Below, one piece after another: positions 53,449 through 64,000 of a stretch of DNA of 64,000 nucleotides. The notes below the pieces were generated by a model. That model did not search any database. It was not told the origin of the DNA and saw only the letters and a list, made by a program, of their open reading frames with translations. How positions within the stretch are numbered: position 1 is the stretch's first letter; each line of letters starts with the position of its first letter. Source of the DNA: Escherichia phage Ge15. The stretch lies in sequence record PP359696.1; one strand, 5' to 3'. The translations under genes and the position numbers were made by a program.

Positions 53449-54542
53449 TAAAAAGTCCCCGCATATAAAGAAGCACGGTTTAACGTGATAATTTCTCTCA
53501 TAGTAATCTCAAGAGTAAATGTACTAGGGAGGTTTGGAGCAATAGCTAATCCGTTAAAGTTACCATTAGGCGTTTTATCAAATCTGATGCTCTGTATTTG
53601 GCATGGGCCAAATATTTCCGTTTTTCCATCAAACTTAGATGTTGCACCAAAGTTTTTCACCATCCAAATTGTCGGGTTTGAAACTACTAGAACGTTAGTT
53701 AAGCTCGATGTCATTTTCTCAAATAGTGTTTTATTTTTAGCTGCGTCTTCCGGAGATAAAGGTTCAATTAACGTAGAACGATACCAATCATCCAAATACC
53801 CCTTTATTTCAGCAGCATATTGAGATTTGCCCGTTTCACCATAAGAAAAATAGTTAAAATATTGATAGATATTGATAATAGCCATCAAATCTTCTGTTGA
53901 ACGTGGAGTCAAATCCCATGTAAACACTTTAGTTCTATTCTCAGCACCACCATACATACTTCTGGCTGTCGTATAAATCTGTTCATTATTATCAGCCATT
54001 ATACCTTGTGTTATACTTTCCAGTGCCCCAAATACTGCAGTTGAAGCAATATTACTTAACACACCAGTAGCAGTACCTCCGCCTCTGCTGATAAGACTTT
54101 CTTGAACATCATTAAATCTATGTGATGATGTATCAACGTCAGATTTAGATCTCGGTAAAAGAATGTTTGCGACAGGAGCTTTACTTATTGTTCCTGAATT
54201 ATTGTTTGATATTAATCCATTTGATAGTTTTGATACTGTACTACTAATAGTGTTTCTAGCTGTACTTAAAATACTCGAAGATGAAGAAGAGTAGTTAGAT
54301 CTCATCGATCTAAGACTTCCAGAATCCCTAGATGACATATTGTATGCAGTAAATAATAATCCATTCTTATATAGATCTGTTACCTGGAAGTCCCCTGTAG
54401 TGTCATTACCACTAGCACGCCCAGTTGGAAACTGGGCAGTGTATGTTTTAGTTACTACTTCTGATTTAGTACTCTGTCCGGCTGAAATTTTCTCACCGGA
54501 CTTTTTAATTAAATCAGCAGTTATTTCTTTAACAATTGCCAT
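53448..54542 (-). CDS. 48: baseplate tail tube cap gp48
   Basis: 364-aa ORF, same length as T4 gp48. Confidence 0.8.
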   Translation of the reverse strand: MAIVKEITADLIKKSGEKISAGQSTKSEVVTKTYTAQFPTGRASGNDTTGDFQVTDLYKNGLLFTAYNMSSRDSGSLRSMRSNYSSSSSSILSTARNTISSTVSKLSNGLISNNNSGTISKAPVANILLPRSKSDVDTSSHRFNDVQESLISRGGGTATGVLSNIASTAVFGALESITQGIMADNNEQIYTTARSMYGGAENRTKVFTWDLTPRSTEDLMAIINIYQYFNYFSYGETGKSQYAAEIKGYLDDWYRSTLIEPLSPEDAAKNKTLFEKMTSSLTNVLVVSNPTIWMVKNFGATSKFDGKTEIFGPCQIQSIRFDKTPNGNFNGLAIAPNLPSTFTLEITMREIITLNRASLYAGTF

Positions 54543-54550
54543 ATTATTCC

Positions 54551-56323
54551 TTAATTAACTCCAGTCGCATCAAATACACCAGGAGCAGTCGTGCTCGTTA
54601 CGGGTGTCATATTATGAACGACAGTATTTTTCTTAACAACATTATTAGTATTATTGATCGAAGGAGATGCTTGTTGAACAGGAGCTTGCTGTGCTTTGTT
54701 CTTTTCTATTACCTGGACTTGTTTTGCTTCTGGCGATTTAGCAGAAGTTTGAGGTTTGGCATTAGGCTGATTTTTCTTGAGCTCTTGATAAGTAGCATCA
54801 ATTTTAGAAAATCTAGCAGCAAGTTCTTTTTTAACTGCCGGTGAATTATTTAAATCCGGATCATCCATCCGTTTTTTAAGGTCTTCATAAGCAGCTTCAA
54901 CTGATTTAACCGTTGAGTCTTTACTCATATCAGCTGAATTAGCATATTCATCAAAACGATTCATAGCAGCGCGAGCTTCATTAGCTTTCATTAAAGCAAT
55001 TTTAGCTTCCTCCGGAGAAAGTTGCTTTAATTTTTCTTCTTCCTCTGCTCTCTCTTCATCAGTCGTTAGTGCTTCTTTATTATCAACACCACGAATCCAG
55101 TTAGATGCACGAGTTTTCCAGTTCGCAATTTTGTCTAGTCCTTTTGCTATTGGACCAAGATCGCCATTCATTCTTTTATATTGATAATTTGCAACTTTTT
55201 CTTGGTCTTCTTTGCTAAGAGAAGCATTTGTAGTGTTTTGGAAATTTTCTAGTGCTCTTCCTTCTACTTCGTCAGCAGTGTCTTTCATGCCAGGAATGAC
55301 TCGAAGAATTGCAGCAGATAATTTAGCCATTCCAAGTTGAATAAGCTCTCCTAAATTAAAAAGAACCTTTCCAAGCCCTTCTACAATAGCTGCTGTCAAT
55401 CCGCCCCAATCTCCAGCTTCCCACAGCTTCTTAATTTTATCAATAGAACTAAAGATGCTCTGTAATAAAGGGCCCCATGTTCCGGTTTCGCTAGAGAATT
55501 TAGTAAAGTCTGTACTAAACAAATCCCAAGCCTGTGAAAATTTATCTGACCAATATTTGAAATGAACCATCAGCAGGTCTATTCCGACAACAACAGCCAA
55601 TATCATTGCAGTCATTTTAGCAGCTTCAATAGCAGCACTGACTGTATACTTAAATAGCATGCTTGATATTTTATCAGTAATTGAAATAGATTTCTTAAAT
55701 CCGAAATCAACAGTCTTTGTTAATTTATCTAAAGCTTGAGATAATTTTAAGTTAAATGCATCTTTTTTCTGTTTTTCTTCTGGCGATTCTTGTTTAGGTT
55801 CAACTGGCTGAGGGGTAGGGAAAAAATCAGCATCAGGATCATTATTAACTGCTTCAGGAGCCGGTAATAAAGGACCAACAGATTCAGCTGTATCGTCCTC
55901 AACAACTTTAACAGGAATAGCGCTTTCAACCGTGGCTAAACTAGTTCCAGTCTGTTGAATTCCAGCTGTCTGGATTTTTTGCTCTAGTAAACTTGTTAAT
56001 TTATCTAATTTGCTCCCGAGTGATTCACCGATTTCTTTATTAATATTGTTGCCAATTTCAACAGTTTCAGCAATTAACTCAGAACCAGCAGTAGTATCAC
56101 TCACTGCGCTTTCTACATTGTCAATTGCTCCAATTATTTCATTCGATTTTTCTTCGACAGTTTGAGCAATTAATTCAGAAGCAGCTTGAGCATCATCCAA
56201 TTTCGTAGATATATCGTTAAGCCCAGATAAAGTGTTGGAAGCGGATTTAGCCGCTTCCTGTGTTGGTTTATTATCTGAAATAACTTTTCTACGCATCGTT
56301 TGCATTTCTTGTGGCTTTTTCAT
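54551..56323 (-). CDS. 29: tail tube tape-measure/baseplate hub protein gp29
   Basis: 590-aa ORF, same length as T4 gp29. Confidence 0.85.
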   Translation of the reverse strand: MKKPQEMQTMRRKVISDNKPTQEAAKSASNTLSGLNDISTKLDDAQAASELIAQTVEEKSNEIIGAIDNVESAVSDTTAGSELIAETVEIGNNINKEIGESLGSKLDKLTSLLEQKIQTAGIQQTGTSLATVESAIPVKVVEDDTAESVGPLLPAPEAVNNDPDADFFPTPQPVEPKQESPEEKQKKDAFNLKLSQALDKLTKTVDFGFKKSISITDKISSMLFKYTVSAAIEAAKMTAMILAVVVGIDLLMVHFKYWSDKFSQAWDLFSTDFTKFSSETGTWGPLLQSIFSSIDKIKKLWEAGDWGGLTAAIVEGLGKVLFNLGELIQLGMAKLSAAILRVIPGMKDTADEVEGRALENFQNTTNASLSKEDQEKVANYQYKRMNGDLGPIAKGLDKIANWKTRASNWIRGVDNKEALTTDEERAEEEEKLKQLSPEEAKIALMKANEARAAMNRFDEYANSADMSKDSTVKSVEAAYEDLKKRMDDPDLNNSPAVKKELAARFSKIDATYQELKKNQPNAKPQTSAKSPEAKQVQVIEKNKAQQAPVQQASPSINNTNNVVKKNTVVHNMTPVTSTTAPGVFDATGVN

Positions 56324-56853
56324 TCAAATAATCCAATAATATTACCAATTCCAGTTATTGGACCATTAGGGCCAGGAATTGCTAAAGTTGTAAAAATATC
56401 ATTTGCCCATTTTAAAACAAATGCTGGCATCTCAAGAAAATTAATTTCTTTAACTTCATCATTGACCTTAAGCAAGCATTTGGATAACATATCGCTCACC
56501 GTTAAAAATTGTTCAAATTTTCCAGGCGGTCTAAAATAAAATGTATTTCCTTGGTATTGAAATTCTAATCTTTGGCATACATAAACATCATTAATGTCAT
56601 AAGTATAACGATCTATTTCTTTACGAGATTTAATCTTTCCATTAAATTCCAATAAATGAATGGAAACGAAATCAACTTCTGCCGGTGATAAATTCGGGCA
56701 AATAGAATCAATAAGAAGTTTTAAATTTTCATCAGGACCTTTAACATCTTTTAAAATGTTATAATGTTTAAGACCCATTTTAGGAATAGAAACTTCTTTA
56801 TTGCTTATTGGAAGAACTACTTTCTTCAGTGGTAGTATCAGATTTAAATTCAT
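56320..56853 (-). CDS. 28: baseplate hub distal subunit gp28
   Basis: 177-aa ORF; synteny. Confidence 0.8.
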   Translation of the reverse strand: MNLNLILPLKKVVLPISNKEVSIPKMGLKHYNILKDVKGPDENLKLLIDSICPNLSPAEVDFVSIHLLEFNGKIKSRKEIDRYTYDINDVYVCQRLEFQYQGNTFYFRPPGKFEQFLTVSDMLSKCLLKVNDEVKEINFLEMPAFVLKWANDIFTTLAIPGPNGPITGIGNIIGLFE

Positions 56854-57973
56854 TTTTAACCTTAACTGGGTCTATTGTTTCCAGTTTCGTTGCATTAGTG
56901 AACATATATAGATGAGTTACTGAATTATTATTAGATAATTCGTGGATAACTTCATCAACGTAAAATTCTGTTTTAAATTGGTTTTTACTATCATTAAAAA
57001 TAATTTTAACGCCAGGAGTCAAGTTAAAATTACCGACAGTAGAACATTTAGCATAGCCATCGTATTGTGCCATAGTTTGAAGACGAATAGCTTCTTCATA
57101 TCCATTCCTATAAGTCATTTCAGAATAAGCACCTGACCTTGACACTACAATAGAGTTTTCTCCCTTTCCTGTAGTAATCATTGGCAATGAAGAATCTAAA
57201 AATGAATGCGCATAGATAGTAGCGTTTTTCATTGGGTCACGTTTGTGAGGATTTGATTTAGTCAACCAAACGAAATCATATGCTAATGGATATTTTAATT
57301 CTTGGATGAATTGACCTATTAAAGATGGCTCACCGACAATCATTGGATACGGTTCTTGATTTATCATCATATCATAGTCCATCATGTTAACTCCCATGAT
57401 GTCTTGCCACACAAATACAAATTTGTCACTTCCTACAGCTAGAGCAACTTCTCTAACATACGACAAATAGTTTTCAAATGTGCTAGTCCATGGAATATCA
57501 GGAACATAAGCATTTATAGCATTTATTGCTGGAGTTAATAACGTGCGATCCTGATAAATGACACCAAGCATTTCCTTTATAGATTCACCTGCATCAGAGA
57601 AAAACGGTCTGCCAAATTTAAGATTTTCTATAGAATGAATAGTTCCCAATTCAATAGCAATGATGTTATCACCCTTTGAATCTACTGACACTGAAAAATG
57701 CTTACATCCATAAATTCGTGTTTTAACATTATTAATATCATTTGCATTAGCTACAGAAATCTGAATTATTTCATTTCCATCCATTTTTGTATGGATATTT
57801 TTAGAATCATAAAACTGCAGCATTCCTTCATTTCGGCCATAAAGAGAATCCCGCATAGTTAATGTGGTAATAGTAGCAGCTAATTCAACAAATCTATTAT
57901 TACTCCAAGCGTCGTAGCTATCAAATAATTTAACGCTGAGATTTGGATATCCTGGGCGTTGCAACATACTCAT
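56798..57973 (-). CDS. 27: baseplate hub subunit gp27
   Basis: 391-aa ORF, same length as T4 gp27. Confidence 0.85.
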   Translation of the reverse strand: MSMLQRPGYPNLSVKLFDSYDAWSNNRFVELAATITTLTMRDSLYGRNEGMLQFYDSKNIHTKMDGNEIIQISVANANDINNVKTRIYGCKHFSVSVDSKGDNIIAIELGTIHSIENLKFGRPFFSDAGESIKEMLGVIYQDRTLLTPAINAINAYVPDIPWTSTFENYLSYVREVALAVGSDKFVFVWQDIMGVNMMDYDMMINQEPYPMIVGEPSLIGQFIQELKYPLAYDFVWLTKSNPHKRDPMKNATIYAHSFLDSSLPMITTGKGENSIVVSRSGAYSEMTYRNGYEEAIRLQTMAQYDGYAKCSTVGNFNLTPGVKIIFNDSKNQFKTEFYVDEVIHELSNNNSVTHLYMFTNATKLETIDPVKVKNEFKSDTTTEESSSSNKQ

Positions 57974-58722
57974 TATTGTTTATCCTTCTCAATCAGTTTT
58001 AATACGAATCCGCGCTCAGCAGGAATCATTTTCATTATTGAATTTAAGCTATAATTACTTTTTACGAGTGTGTGATTAATTTGATAAAAAGTAAATATTT
58101 CATCTGGGTTAACTAATAGCTTAAACACATCTACTATATCAGTGTATTTTTTTACATACTTATTACAACATGACATATGTAATGTTAAATTAATAGGATT
58201 CATTGCATCGAGAATTTTTTCTAATGTTTCTATCTCGATGGCATCAGCAAGTTCTATTTGACTTGATTCGCTAATTTCCTTCCAGTCATACCACATTTCA
58301 TCTACTTGAACGGAATGAATATTTTCAGTAATCATCTTTGCTTTATTTTCATAAAACTCAGAAGGAAACTTTAATTTAATTTTAACATTAGCTACATCAA
58401 AAACAGGTTCCTTTAATTCTTTTTGATATATTTCAAATGGAACTGTCTTTTCTTTTTTACATTTTGGACATACAAATGTGACCGGTACTTTAGTTTTACC
58501 TATTGACCCTACAAATACCTGCAAAAATATAAATGGTTGCCAAGTCTTCGGATAGTCTCCAAAATAATCGGCAATTAAATCAGCAATTATTTCTTTTTGT
58601 TCTTGTGGTGACCGATGTTCTATATCGTTTCGAACTAACAAAAAATCTCGATAATCTTCTACCGTAAATGGTTTAAAACGATGAACACCATCTGGTAATT
58701 TACAACGAATAATGTTTGCCAT
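57973..58722 (-). CDS. 51: baseplate hub assembly catalyst gp51
   Basis: 249-aa ORF; synteny. Confidence 0.8.
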   Translation of the reverse strand: MANIIRCKLPDGVHRFKPFTVEDYRDFLLVRNDIEHRSPQEQKEIIADLIADYFGDYPKTWQPFIFLQVFVGSIGKTKVPVTFVCPKCKKEKTVPFEIYQKELKEPVFDVANVKIKLKFPSEFYENKAKMITENIHSVQVDEMWYDWKEISESSQIELADAIEIETLEKILDAMNPINLTLHMSCCNKYVKKYTDIVDVFKLLVNPDEIFTFYQINHTLVKSNYSLNSIMKMIPAERGFVLKLIEKDKQ

Positions 58723-58739
58723 AGATGCTCCTTTTATTC

Positions 58740-58751
58740 TATTTATAAATA
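58740..58751. promoter_or_regulatory. overlapping divergent late promoters (TATAAATA on both strands)
   Basis: tatttataaata: - strand TATAAATA at 58740-58747 (gene 51), + strand at 58744-58751 (gene 26). Confidence 0.45.
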
Positions 58752-58772
58752 TGATAAATAAAGGAGCTAAAT

Positions 58773-59399
58773 ATGTATGAATACAAATTTGATGTGAGAG
58801 TTGGTTCTAAAATAATCAACTGTCGCGCATTTACTCTTAAAGAATATCTAGAACTTATTACTGCTAAAAAGAACGGTTCAGTAGAAGAGATCGTTAAAAA
58901 GCTAATTAAAGAATGCACAAATGCAAAAGATTTAAACCGCCAAGAATCAGAACTACTATTGATTCATTTATGGGCGCATTCTCTTGGAGAAGTTAATCAC
59001 GAAAACTCCTGGAAGTGCATCTGTGGAACTGAAATACCAACCCATATAAATCTATTACATACACAAATAGATGCACCAGAAGACCTCTGGTATACACTGG
59101 GTGACATTAAAATTAAGTTCCATTACCCTAAAATTTTTGATGATAAAAATATAGCCCACATGATAGTATCATGTATAGAAACGATTCATGCTAACGGTGA
59201 AAGCATTCCAGTTGAAGACTTAAATGAAAAAGAGTTGGAAGATTTATATTCTATCATCACAGAGTCAGATATTGTAGCTATAAAAGATATGCTTTTAAAG
59301 CCTACTGTTTATTTGGCTGTTCCAATTAAATGTCCAGAGTGTGGAAAATCTCACGCTCATGTAATAAGAGGACTCAAAGAATTCTTTGAGCTATTGTAA
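58773..59399 (+). CDS. 26: baseplate hub subunit gp26
   Basis: 208-aa ORF with RBS aaggag. Confidence 0.8.
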   Translation: MYEYKFDVRVGSKIINCRAFTLKEYLELITAKKNGSVEEIVKKLIKECTNAKDLNRQESELLLIHLWAHSLGEVNHENSWKCICGTEIPTHINLLHTQIDAPEDLWYTLGDIKIKFHYPKIFDDKNIAHMIVSCIETIHANGESIPVEDLNEKELEDLYSIITESDIVAIKDMLLKPTVYLAVPIKCPECGKSHAHVIRGLKEFFELL

Positions 59400-59797
59400 T
59401 GGCAAATATTAATAAGCTTTATTCTGACATTGACCCAGAAATGAAAATGGATTGGGACAAAGATGTTTCTAGATCCCTTGGATTAAGGTCAATTAAAAAT
59501 AGCCTTTTGGGAATTATTACAACCAGAAAAGGGTCGAGACCATTTGACCCGGAATTTGGATGTGATTTATCTGACCAGCTTTTTGAGAATATGACTCCTC
59601 TTACTGCTGATACTGTTGAGCGTAACATTGAAAGCGCAGTAAGAAACTACGAGCCGCGTATTGATAAATTAGCAGTTAATGTAATACCAGTTTATGATGA
59701 TTATACTCTGATAGTAGAAATACGCTTTTCGGTCATCGATAACCCTGATGATATTGAGCAGATAAAACTACAACTGGCTTCCAGTAACAGAGTATAA
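59399..59797 (+). CDS. 25: baseplate wedge subunit gp25 (GPW/lysozyme-like fold)
   Basis: 132-aa ORF matching T4 gp25. Confidence 0.85.
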   Translation: MANINKLYSDIDPEMKMDWDKDVSRSLGLRSIKNSLLGIITTRKGSRPFDPEFGCDLSDQLFENMTPLTADTVERNIESAVRNYEPRIDKLAVNVIPVYDDYTLIVEIRFSVIDNPDDIEQIKLQLASSNRV

Positions 59798-59863
59798 TGC
59801 TTCACGTATAAACGTGGTATAATGAATCTAAGTCCATCCAATAACAATTGAATAGAGAACAAT

Positions 59864-60277
59864 ATGAAATTAGAAGATCTTCAAGAAGAATTGAAGAAAG
59901 ATGTGTTTATAGATTCGACTAAATTACAGTATGAAGCAGCTAATAATGTGATGTTATATAGTAAATGGCTCAATAAGCATTCAAGTATTAAAAAGGAAAT
60001 GCTTAGAATTGATGCACAGAAAAAAGTTGCTCTTAAAGCTAAATTAGACTACTACTCGGGACGAGGAGATGGTGATGAATTTAGTATGGATCGTTACGAG
60101 AAATCAGAAATGAAAACAGTTCTATCAGCTGATAAGGATGTTTTAAAAGTTGATACTTCATTGCAATATTGGGGAATTTTATTGGATTTCTGTAGCGGAG
60201 CTCTTGATGCTATTAAATCACGCGGATTTGCTATTAAGCATATTCAAGACATGCGAGCATTTGAGGCTGGAAAATAA
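59864..60277 (+). CDS. uvsY: recombination mediator UvsY
   Basis: 137-aa ORF matching T4 UvsY. Confidence 0.85.
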   Translation: MKLEDLQEELKKDVFIDSTKLQYEAANNVMLYSKWLNKHSSIKKEMLRIDAQKKVALKAKLDYYSGRGDGDEFSMDRYEKSEMKTVLSADKDVLKVDTSLQYWGILLDFCSGALDAIKSRGFAIKHIQDMRAFEAGK

Positions 60278-60501
60278 TGAAATATAGCATTGATGATGCT
60301 TTTAATTATGAAGAAGAATTCGAAACGGAAATTCAATTCTTAATGAAAAAGTATAATCTCAAGCGTCAGGATATTCGTATCCTGGCCGACCACCCATGCG
60401 GTGAAGATGTACTTTATGTTAAAGGAAAATTTGCCGGATATCTTGATGAATATTTTTATTCTAAAGATATGGGCATTGATATGCATATGAGAGTTATATA
60501 A
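60277..60501 (+). CDS. hypothetical protein (uvsY.-1 position)
   Basis: 74-aa ORF coupled to uvsY. Confidence 0.55.
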   Translation: MKYSIDDAFNYEEEFETEIQFLMKKYNLKRQDIRILADHPCGEDVLYVKGKFAGYLDEYFYSKDMGIDMHMRVI

Positions 60502-60504
60502 ATA
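60497..60504 (+). promoter_or_regulatory. late promoter TATAAATA
   Basis: exact tataaata about 28 nt upstream of the 60532 ORF. Confidence 0.4.
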
Positions 60505-60531
60505 GATATATATAATTTAGAGGAGACAATC

Positions 60532-60699
60532 ATGTCAGATAAGATTTGCGTTGTCTGTAAAACTCCAATCGATTCTGCATTGGTTGTTGAAACAGACAAA
60601 GGTCCTGTACATCCTGGGCCTTGTTATAATTACATTAAAGAACTACCAGTTTCAGAAAGTTCGGAAGAACAATTAAATGAAACACAACTTTTGCTATAG
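60532..60699 (+). CDS. small Cys-containing protein (55 aa)
   Basis: RBS gaggag; CVVC...C pattern. Confidence 0.45.
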   Translation: MSDKICVVCKTPIDSALVVETDKGPVHPGPCYNYIKELPVSESSEEQLNETQLLL

Positions 60700-60722
60700 T
60701 GTGACCTTTAGTCTATAGTTTT

Positions 60723-60746
60723 GGCCCTTCCTTTTTGGTTGGGCCT
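60723..60746. terminator. bidirectional hairpin between convergent transcription units
   Basis: ggccc...gggcc stem flanked by T-runs. Confidence 0.45.
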
Positions 60747-60754
60747 TTTTTAAT

Positions 60755-60997
60755 TTAAAAGCTTTCTTCTACTTCATCGTCTGAATCTTCTAATTCAGCT
60801 CTTTTTCCTGCCAAAGCATCTCTGACTGAGATGTCATCAGTATCTTTTAATTCAGTTTCTTTAACTCTTTTCTTGTAATAAGCTTCAAGTTCTTCTAGAC
60901 CTTCTAATGTTTGACAAGAGGCAATTTTACCCATAAATTCATCAATAGAAGCTTCATAAAGAAATTGTTTAAATTCTAGTAACATCTTTTTCTCCAA
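60755..60997 (-). CDS. UvsW.1 small acidic protein
   Basis: 80-aa ORF immediately downstream of uvsW. Confidence 0.55.
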   Translation of the reverse strand: MEKKMLLEFKQFLYEASIDEFMGKIASCQTLEGLEELEAYYKKRVKETELKDTDDISVRDALAGKRAELEDSDDEVEESF

Positions 60998-61010
60998 AGG
61001 GCCGAAGCCC

Positions 61011-62519
61011 TTATAAATTAACTGTTTTCATTACGTAATTAAATTTTTCATCTGCGTAGCGCTGAATACGATCAATGCCATGTTTTAAAAGATAGTTCAA
61101 ATGAACGTATTTCTTTTTCGTATTAGCAGATTTTGGTTTAACACCGCAATCATCGATGAGGTCCCAGACCGTTGCGATTGTTTTAGAACCATGCTTACGT
61201 AATACGCGACCTATTGTTTGCAATACAATAATTTTAGATTTAACACCGTGTGCTAAAACAACGTGATGCAGATTTTTAACTGAAATGCCAGTAGAAAATA
61301 CACCATAACTAGCTACTATAATTATTCCTTTACCGTTTTCAGCTAAGGTTTTCATTACGTTGCGTGTTTCGGTATCAACTTCCCCTGATACGTAATAAAC
61401 TTTATCGTATTCATTTTTAATTAAATCGAAAATAGCTTTACCGTGCGATACGTGTTTAAACATGACAAAAGCGTTTTCATCTTTTTGTGCAAGCTTAATA
61501 GCTAATTTAGCGATCCATTTATTTCTTTTACTGAGCCCAGTAATAATTTTTATTTCTTCTTGGTAAGTTTTTCCCTTTAATTTAGTAGTGAACTCATCGG
61601 GATAGCGAAGAAAAATACTATTAATTTTTAGCTCAGTTACTTGTCCATCTTCCATTAATTTAGAGGTCGTTACTGGCTTAAATATTTCACCAAACATTCC
61701 AACATACTGCATGATATTAGCTTTGCCATCACGTAATGAACCAGACAAACCAAATTTAAACATACAGTTATTTAAACCTGATATGATAGATGAAATACTT
61801 TTTCCTGTGGCAAGATGGCATTCATCATTCATCATCATTCCAAACTGTGAGAACCATTCTTTTGGCTGTTTTACTACAGTTTGCCATGTACCAACAACAA
61901 CTGGCGCATCATTTTTATATTTATCATCTTTTGATGCTCCACCGCCGATTTTCTTTATCATTGCATGACTGAATAAACGATAGTCAACAAAGTCATCAGC
62001 CATCTGAGTTGTTAAAGCAGTTGTTGGAACAATGATAAGAATTTTACCTTCATAATTTTCCAAATAATATCGAGCGAGCAAAGCTTGAATTAAAGATTTA
62101 CCTGCGGATGTTGGAAGATTAAGAATTCTACGACGATTAACTAATCCTTCGAACACTGCATCTTTTTGATACCAATGCGGTTCAATTCTTTTATTTCCTG
62201 AATAGATTTCTAATTTAGAAAGCCATTCATCAAAATCTTTTCTTGATAATTCTTCTTTTTCGTTAATCTGTGGGTCAATCCAGGCTTTATAGCCAAAGTT
62301 ATCGCAGAACTTTTTAATTTGCCCGACTAAGCCGAATGGAAGAAGACGATTATAATCTAAAAGACGGATTCGTCCATCCCAGTTGCCATATCTGAAGCGA
62401 GGGTTAAATCTATATCCATCGGCCTCAAACGAAAAGAAATCTCTTAATTCGTGGAACGTGCTCTCTTCACAATCGATGCGTACATGACTGAAGTCGTGAA
62501 AATGTACTTTAATATCCAT
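61011..62519 (-). CDS. uvsW: UvsW SF2 DNA/RNA helicase
   Basis: 502-aa ORF; Walker A NLPTSAGKS and DECH box. Confidence 0.85.
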   Translation of the reverse strand: MDIKVHFHDFSHVRIDCEESTFHELRDFFSFEADGYRFNPRFRYGNWDGRIRLLDYNRLLPFGLVGQIKKFCDNFGYKAWIDPQINEKEELSRKDFDEWLSKLEIYSGNKRIEPHWYQKDAVFEGLVNRRRILNLPTSAGKSLIQALLARYYLENYEGKILIIVPTTALTTQMADDFVDYRLFSHAMIKKIGGGASKDDKYKNDAPVVVGTWQTVVKQPKEWFSQFGMMMNDECHLATGKSISSIISGLNNCMFKFGLSGSLRDGKANIMQYVGMFGEIFKPVTTSKLMEDGQVTELKINSIFLRYPDEFTTKLKGKTYQEEIKIITGLSKRNKWIAKLAIKLAQKDENAFVMFKHVSHGKAIFDLIKNEYDKVYYVSGEVDTETRNVMKTLAENGKGIIIVASYGVFSTGISVKNLHHVVLAHGVKSKIIVLQTIGRVLRKHGSKTIATVWDLIDDCGVKPKSANTKKKYVHLNYLLKHGIDRIQRYADEKFNYVMKTVNL

Positions 62520-62521
62520 AA

Positions 62522-63139
62522 TTATGCCTTACTAAATTTGCCTTTAGAATCTCTTTTCATGAGACGACCTTTAATAAATCCGTCGGGAATAATACCGTCT
62601 GGTTGTATTAATTTATTTATTGCGCCATTATTGACCCAAAAAGTTCCTGTGGTAGTCGGTTTGACTTTACATCCTTTTCTGGACTTTCTATTAGGATGAA
62701 CCATCCCTTTTACAAATCCTTCTGGAACAAGTTCTCCAGGTTTAATAAAAATATTTTTAGTTCCATTAGTGTAGCAAGTTTTACCTAATACCGTGCCTGG
62801 TGAGTTTTCAAATCTTTTAGCGGAAGATTCTTTCATCTTTGCTATAACCTCTGTAGTCATAACAATTCCACCAATTCCACCAGGTTTCATATTATAATAA
62901 TTTTTGCTTTTTATTAGTTCAGGAGTTATAATTTCTTCTTCATACATGTACGCTTCTTCGGAAGTTTTAAACTCTTTTAATATTGTTCTAGAGAAATTGT
63001 TTTCACCATATTTCTTTATAGCCTGCTGAATTGCCTTACCGGAACCAAGGTAACCATCATTCAAGTCATCAGTAGAGTGTTTTCCTATATACTTTTTACC
63101 ATTTATTAGATTTGTTGTTTCATATACAAAGTGGTACAT
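62522..63139 (-). CDS. segD: GIY-YIG homing-endonuclease-like protein (segD-like)
   Basis: N-terminal HFVYETTNLINGKKYIGKH GIY-YIG motif; position between uvsW and inh. Confidence 0.65.
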   Translation of the reverse strand: MYHFVYETTNLINGKKYIGKHSTDDLNDGYLGSGKAIQQAIKKYGENNFSRTILKEFKTSEEAYMYEEEIITPELIKSKNYYNMKPGGIGGIVMTTEVIAKMKESSAKRFENSPGTVLGKTCYTNGTKNIFIKPGELVPEGFVKGMVHPNRKSRKGCKVKPTTTGTFWVNNGAINKLIQPDGIIPDGFIKGRLMKRDSKGKFSKA

Positions 63140-63188
63140 ACTATTTTCCGAGTAATAAATATATCTATATTTATACTGAGGAAATATT

Positions 63189-63869
63189 ATGATAGATAAA
63201 GATTATATTGCAGAGCTGAAGGCTCTTGATGATAATAAAGAAGCTAAAGCTAAATTAGCTGAATATGCTGAACAGTTTGGTATAAAGGTCAAAAAGAATA
63301 AATCTTTTGATAATATCGTTAATGATATTGAAGAAGCCCTCCAGAAGCTCGCTAGTGAACCTATGCCAGAGACTGATGGGTTATCTATTAAAGACTTAAT
63401 TGATGCTGCTGATGCTGCAGACGGATTAAAATATGACGATGAAGAAGTCAATCCAGAAGCAGCACTTCTGATTGATTCTCCGGTTAAATCTGACATTAAA
63501 ATTGAAGTAGTAGAAACGGATAAAATTCCTGAAAATACCGATGTTTTGATTGAAGATACTCCTTTTGTTGAAGAAAAATTCGAGCAGGCTGTAGCTGAGA
63601 TTATTGAATCTGAAAAGCCGTCTGTATTTACTCTTCCGGAAAACTTTAGTCCGAATCTTCAGCTGATTGGAAAAAATCCAGGATTCTGCACTGTTCCTTG
63701 GTGGATTTACCAGTGGATTGCTGAAACTCCGGATTGGAAATCTCACCCAACTAGTTTTGAACACGCGTCGGCGCACCAAACTTTATTTAGCTTAATTTAC
63801 TACATTAATCGTGACGGATCAGTTCTAATTCGTGAAACACGTAATTCTTCTTTCGTAACATTAAAATAA
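63189..63869 (+). CDS. inh: Inh-like protein (inhibitor of prohead protease)
   Basis: 226-aa ORF; length and position just upstream of hoc. Confidence 0.65.
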   Translation: MIDKDYIAELKALDDNKEAKAKLAEYAEQFGIKVKKNKSFDNIVNDIEEALQKLASEPMPETDGLSIKDLIDAADAADGLKYDDEEVNPEAALLIDSPVKSDIKIEVVETDKIPENTDVLIEDTPFVEEKFEQAVAEIIESEKPSVFTLPENFSPNLQLIGKNPGFCTVPWWIYQWIAETPDWKSHPTSFEHASAHQTLFSLIYYINRDGSVLIRETRNSSFVTLK

Positions 63870-63878
63870 GGATAACTT

Positions 63879-64000
63879 ATGGCTTTTACAGTTGATATAA
63901 CTCCTAAAACACCGACAGGGGTTATTGATGAAACTAAGCAGTTTACTGCTACACCCAGTGGTGAAACTGGAGGCGGAACTATTACATATGCTTGGACTGT
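63879..64000 (+). CDS. hoc: Hoc (highly immunogenic outer capsid protein), 5' partial; runs off window
   Basis: MAFTVDITPKTPTGVIDETKQFTATPSG... matches T4 Hoc N-terminus. Confidence 0.8.
   Translation, partial: MAFTVDITPKTPTGVIDETKQFTATPSGETGGGTITYAWT

Overview
This window is the rIIA-to-hoc segment of a T4-like (T-even, Tequatrovirus-type) myovirus genome: AT-rich, densely packed, almost entirely coding. All identifications rest on my recognition of T4 protein sequences, lengths and gene order; no database search could be run. Gene order read from the sequence: rIIA-rIIB-denB-ndd-stp-(ac-like)-52-motA-...-asiA on the + strand; holin t and long tail fibre genes 38-37-36-35-34 on the - strand; rnh-dsbA-33-59-32-frd-td-nrdA-HNH(mobE-like)-nrdB-denA-rnlA(63)-alc-pseT-cd-31-rIII-30.9..30.1-30(ligase)-alt-alt-like on +; baseplate genes 54-48-29-28-27-51 on -; 26-25-uvsY on +; uvsW-GIY-YIG(segD-like) on -; inh-hoc on +. 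T4-type early promoters (GTTTAC, 17-18 bp spacer, TAnTAT-like -10), late TATAAATA promoters and UUCG-loop hairpin terminators are visible throughout. The stand-out anomaly is at 43232-46029: two identical 413-bp copies of phage sequence bracket 1972 bp of non-phage-like DNA containing an internally deleted IS2 (insC intact, insD frame broken, no target-site duplication) and a 3' fragment of a foreign gene. This is either a genuine host-to-phage transfer by insertion-duplication or an assembly chimera. Other points worth a second look: two tandem alt-family genes, in-frame tandem repeats in the gp37 fibre tip, a GC-rich non-coding island between rIII and 30.9, uninterrupted td and nrdB, an extra ORF between frd and td, and a YbiA/NADAR-like 30.3 protein.
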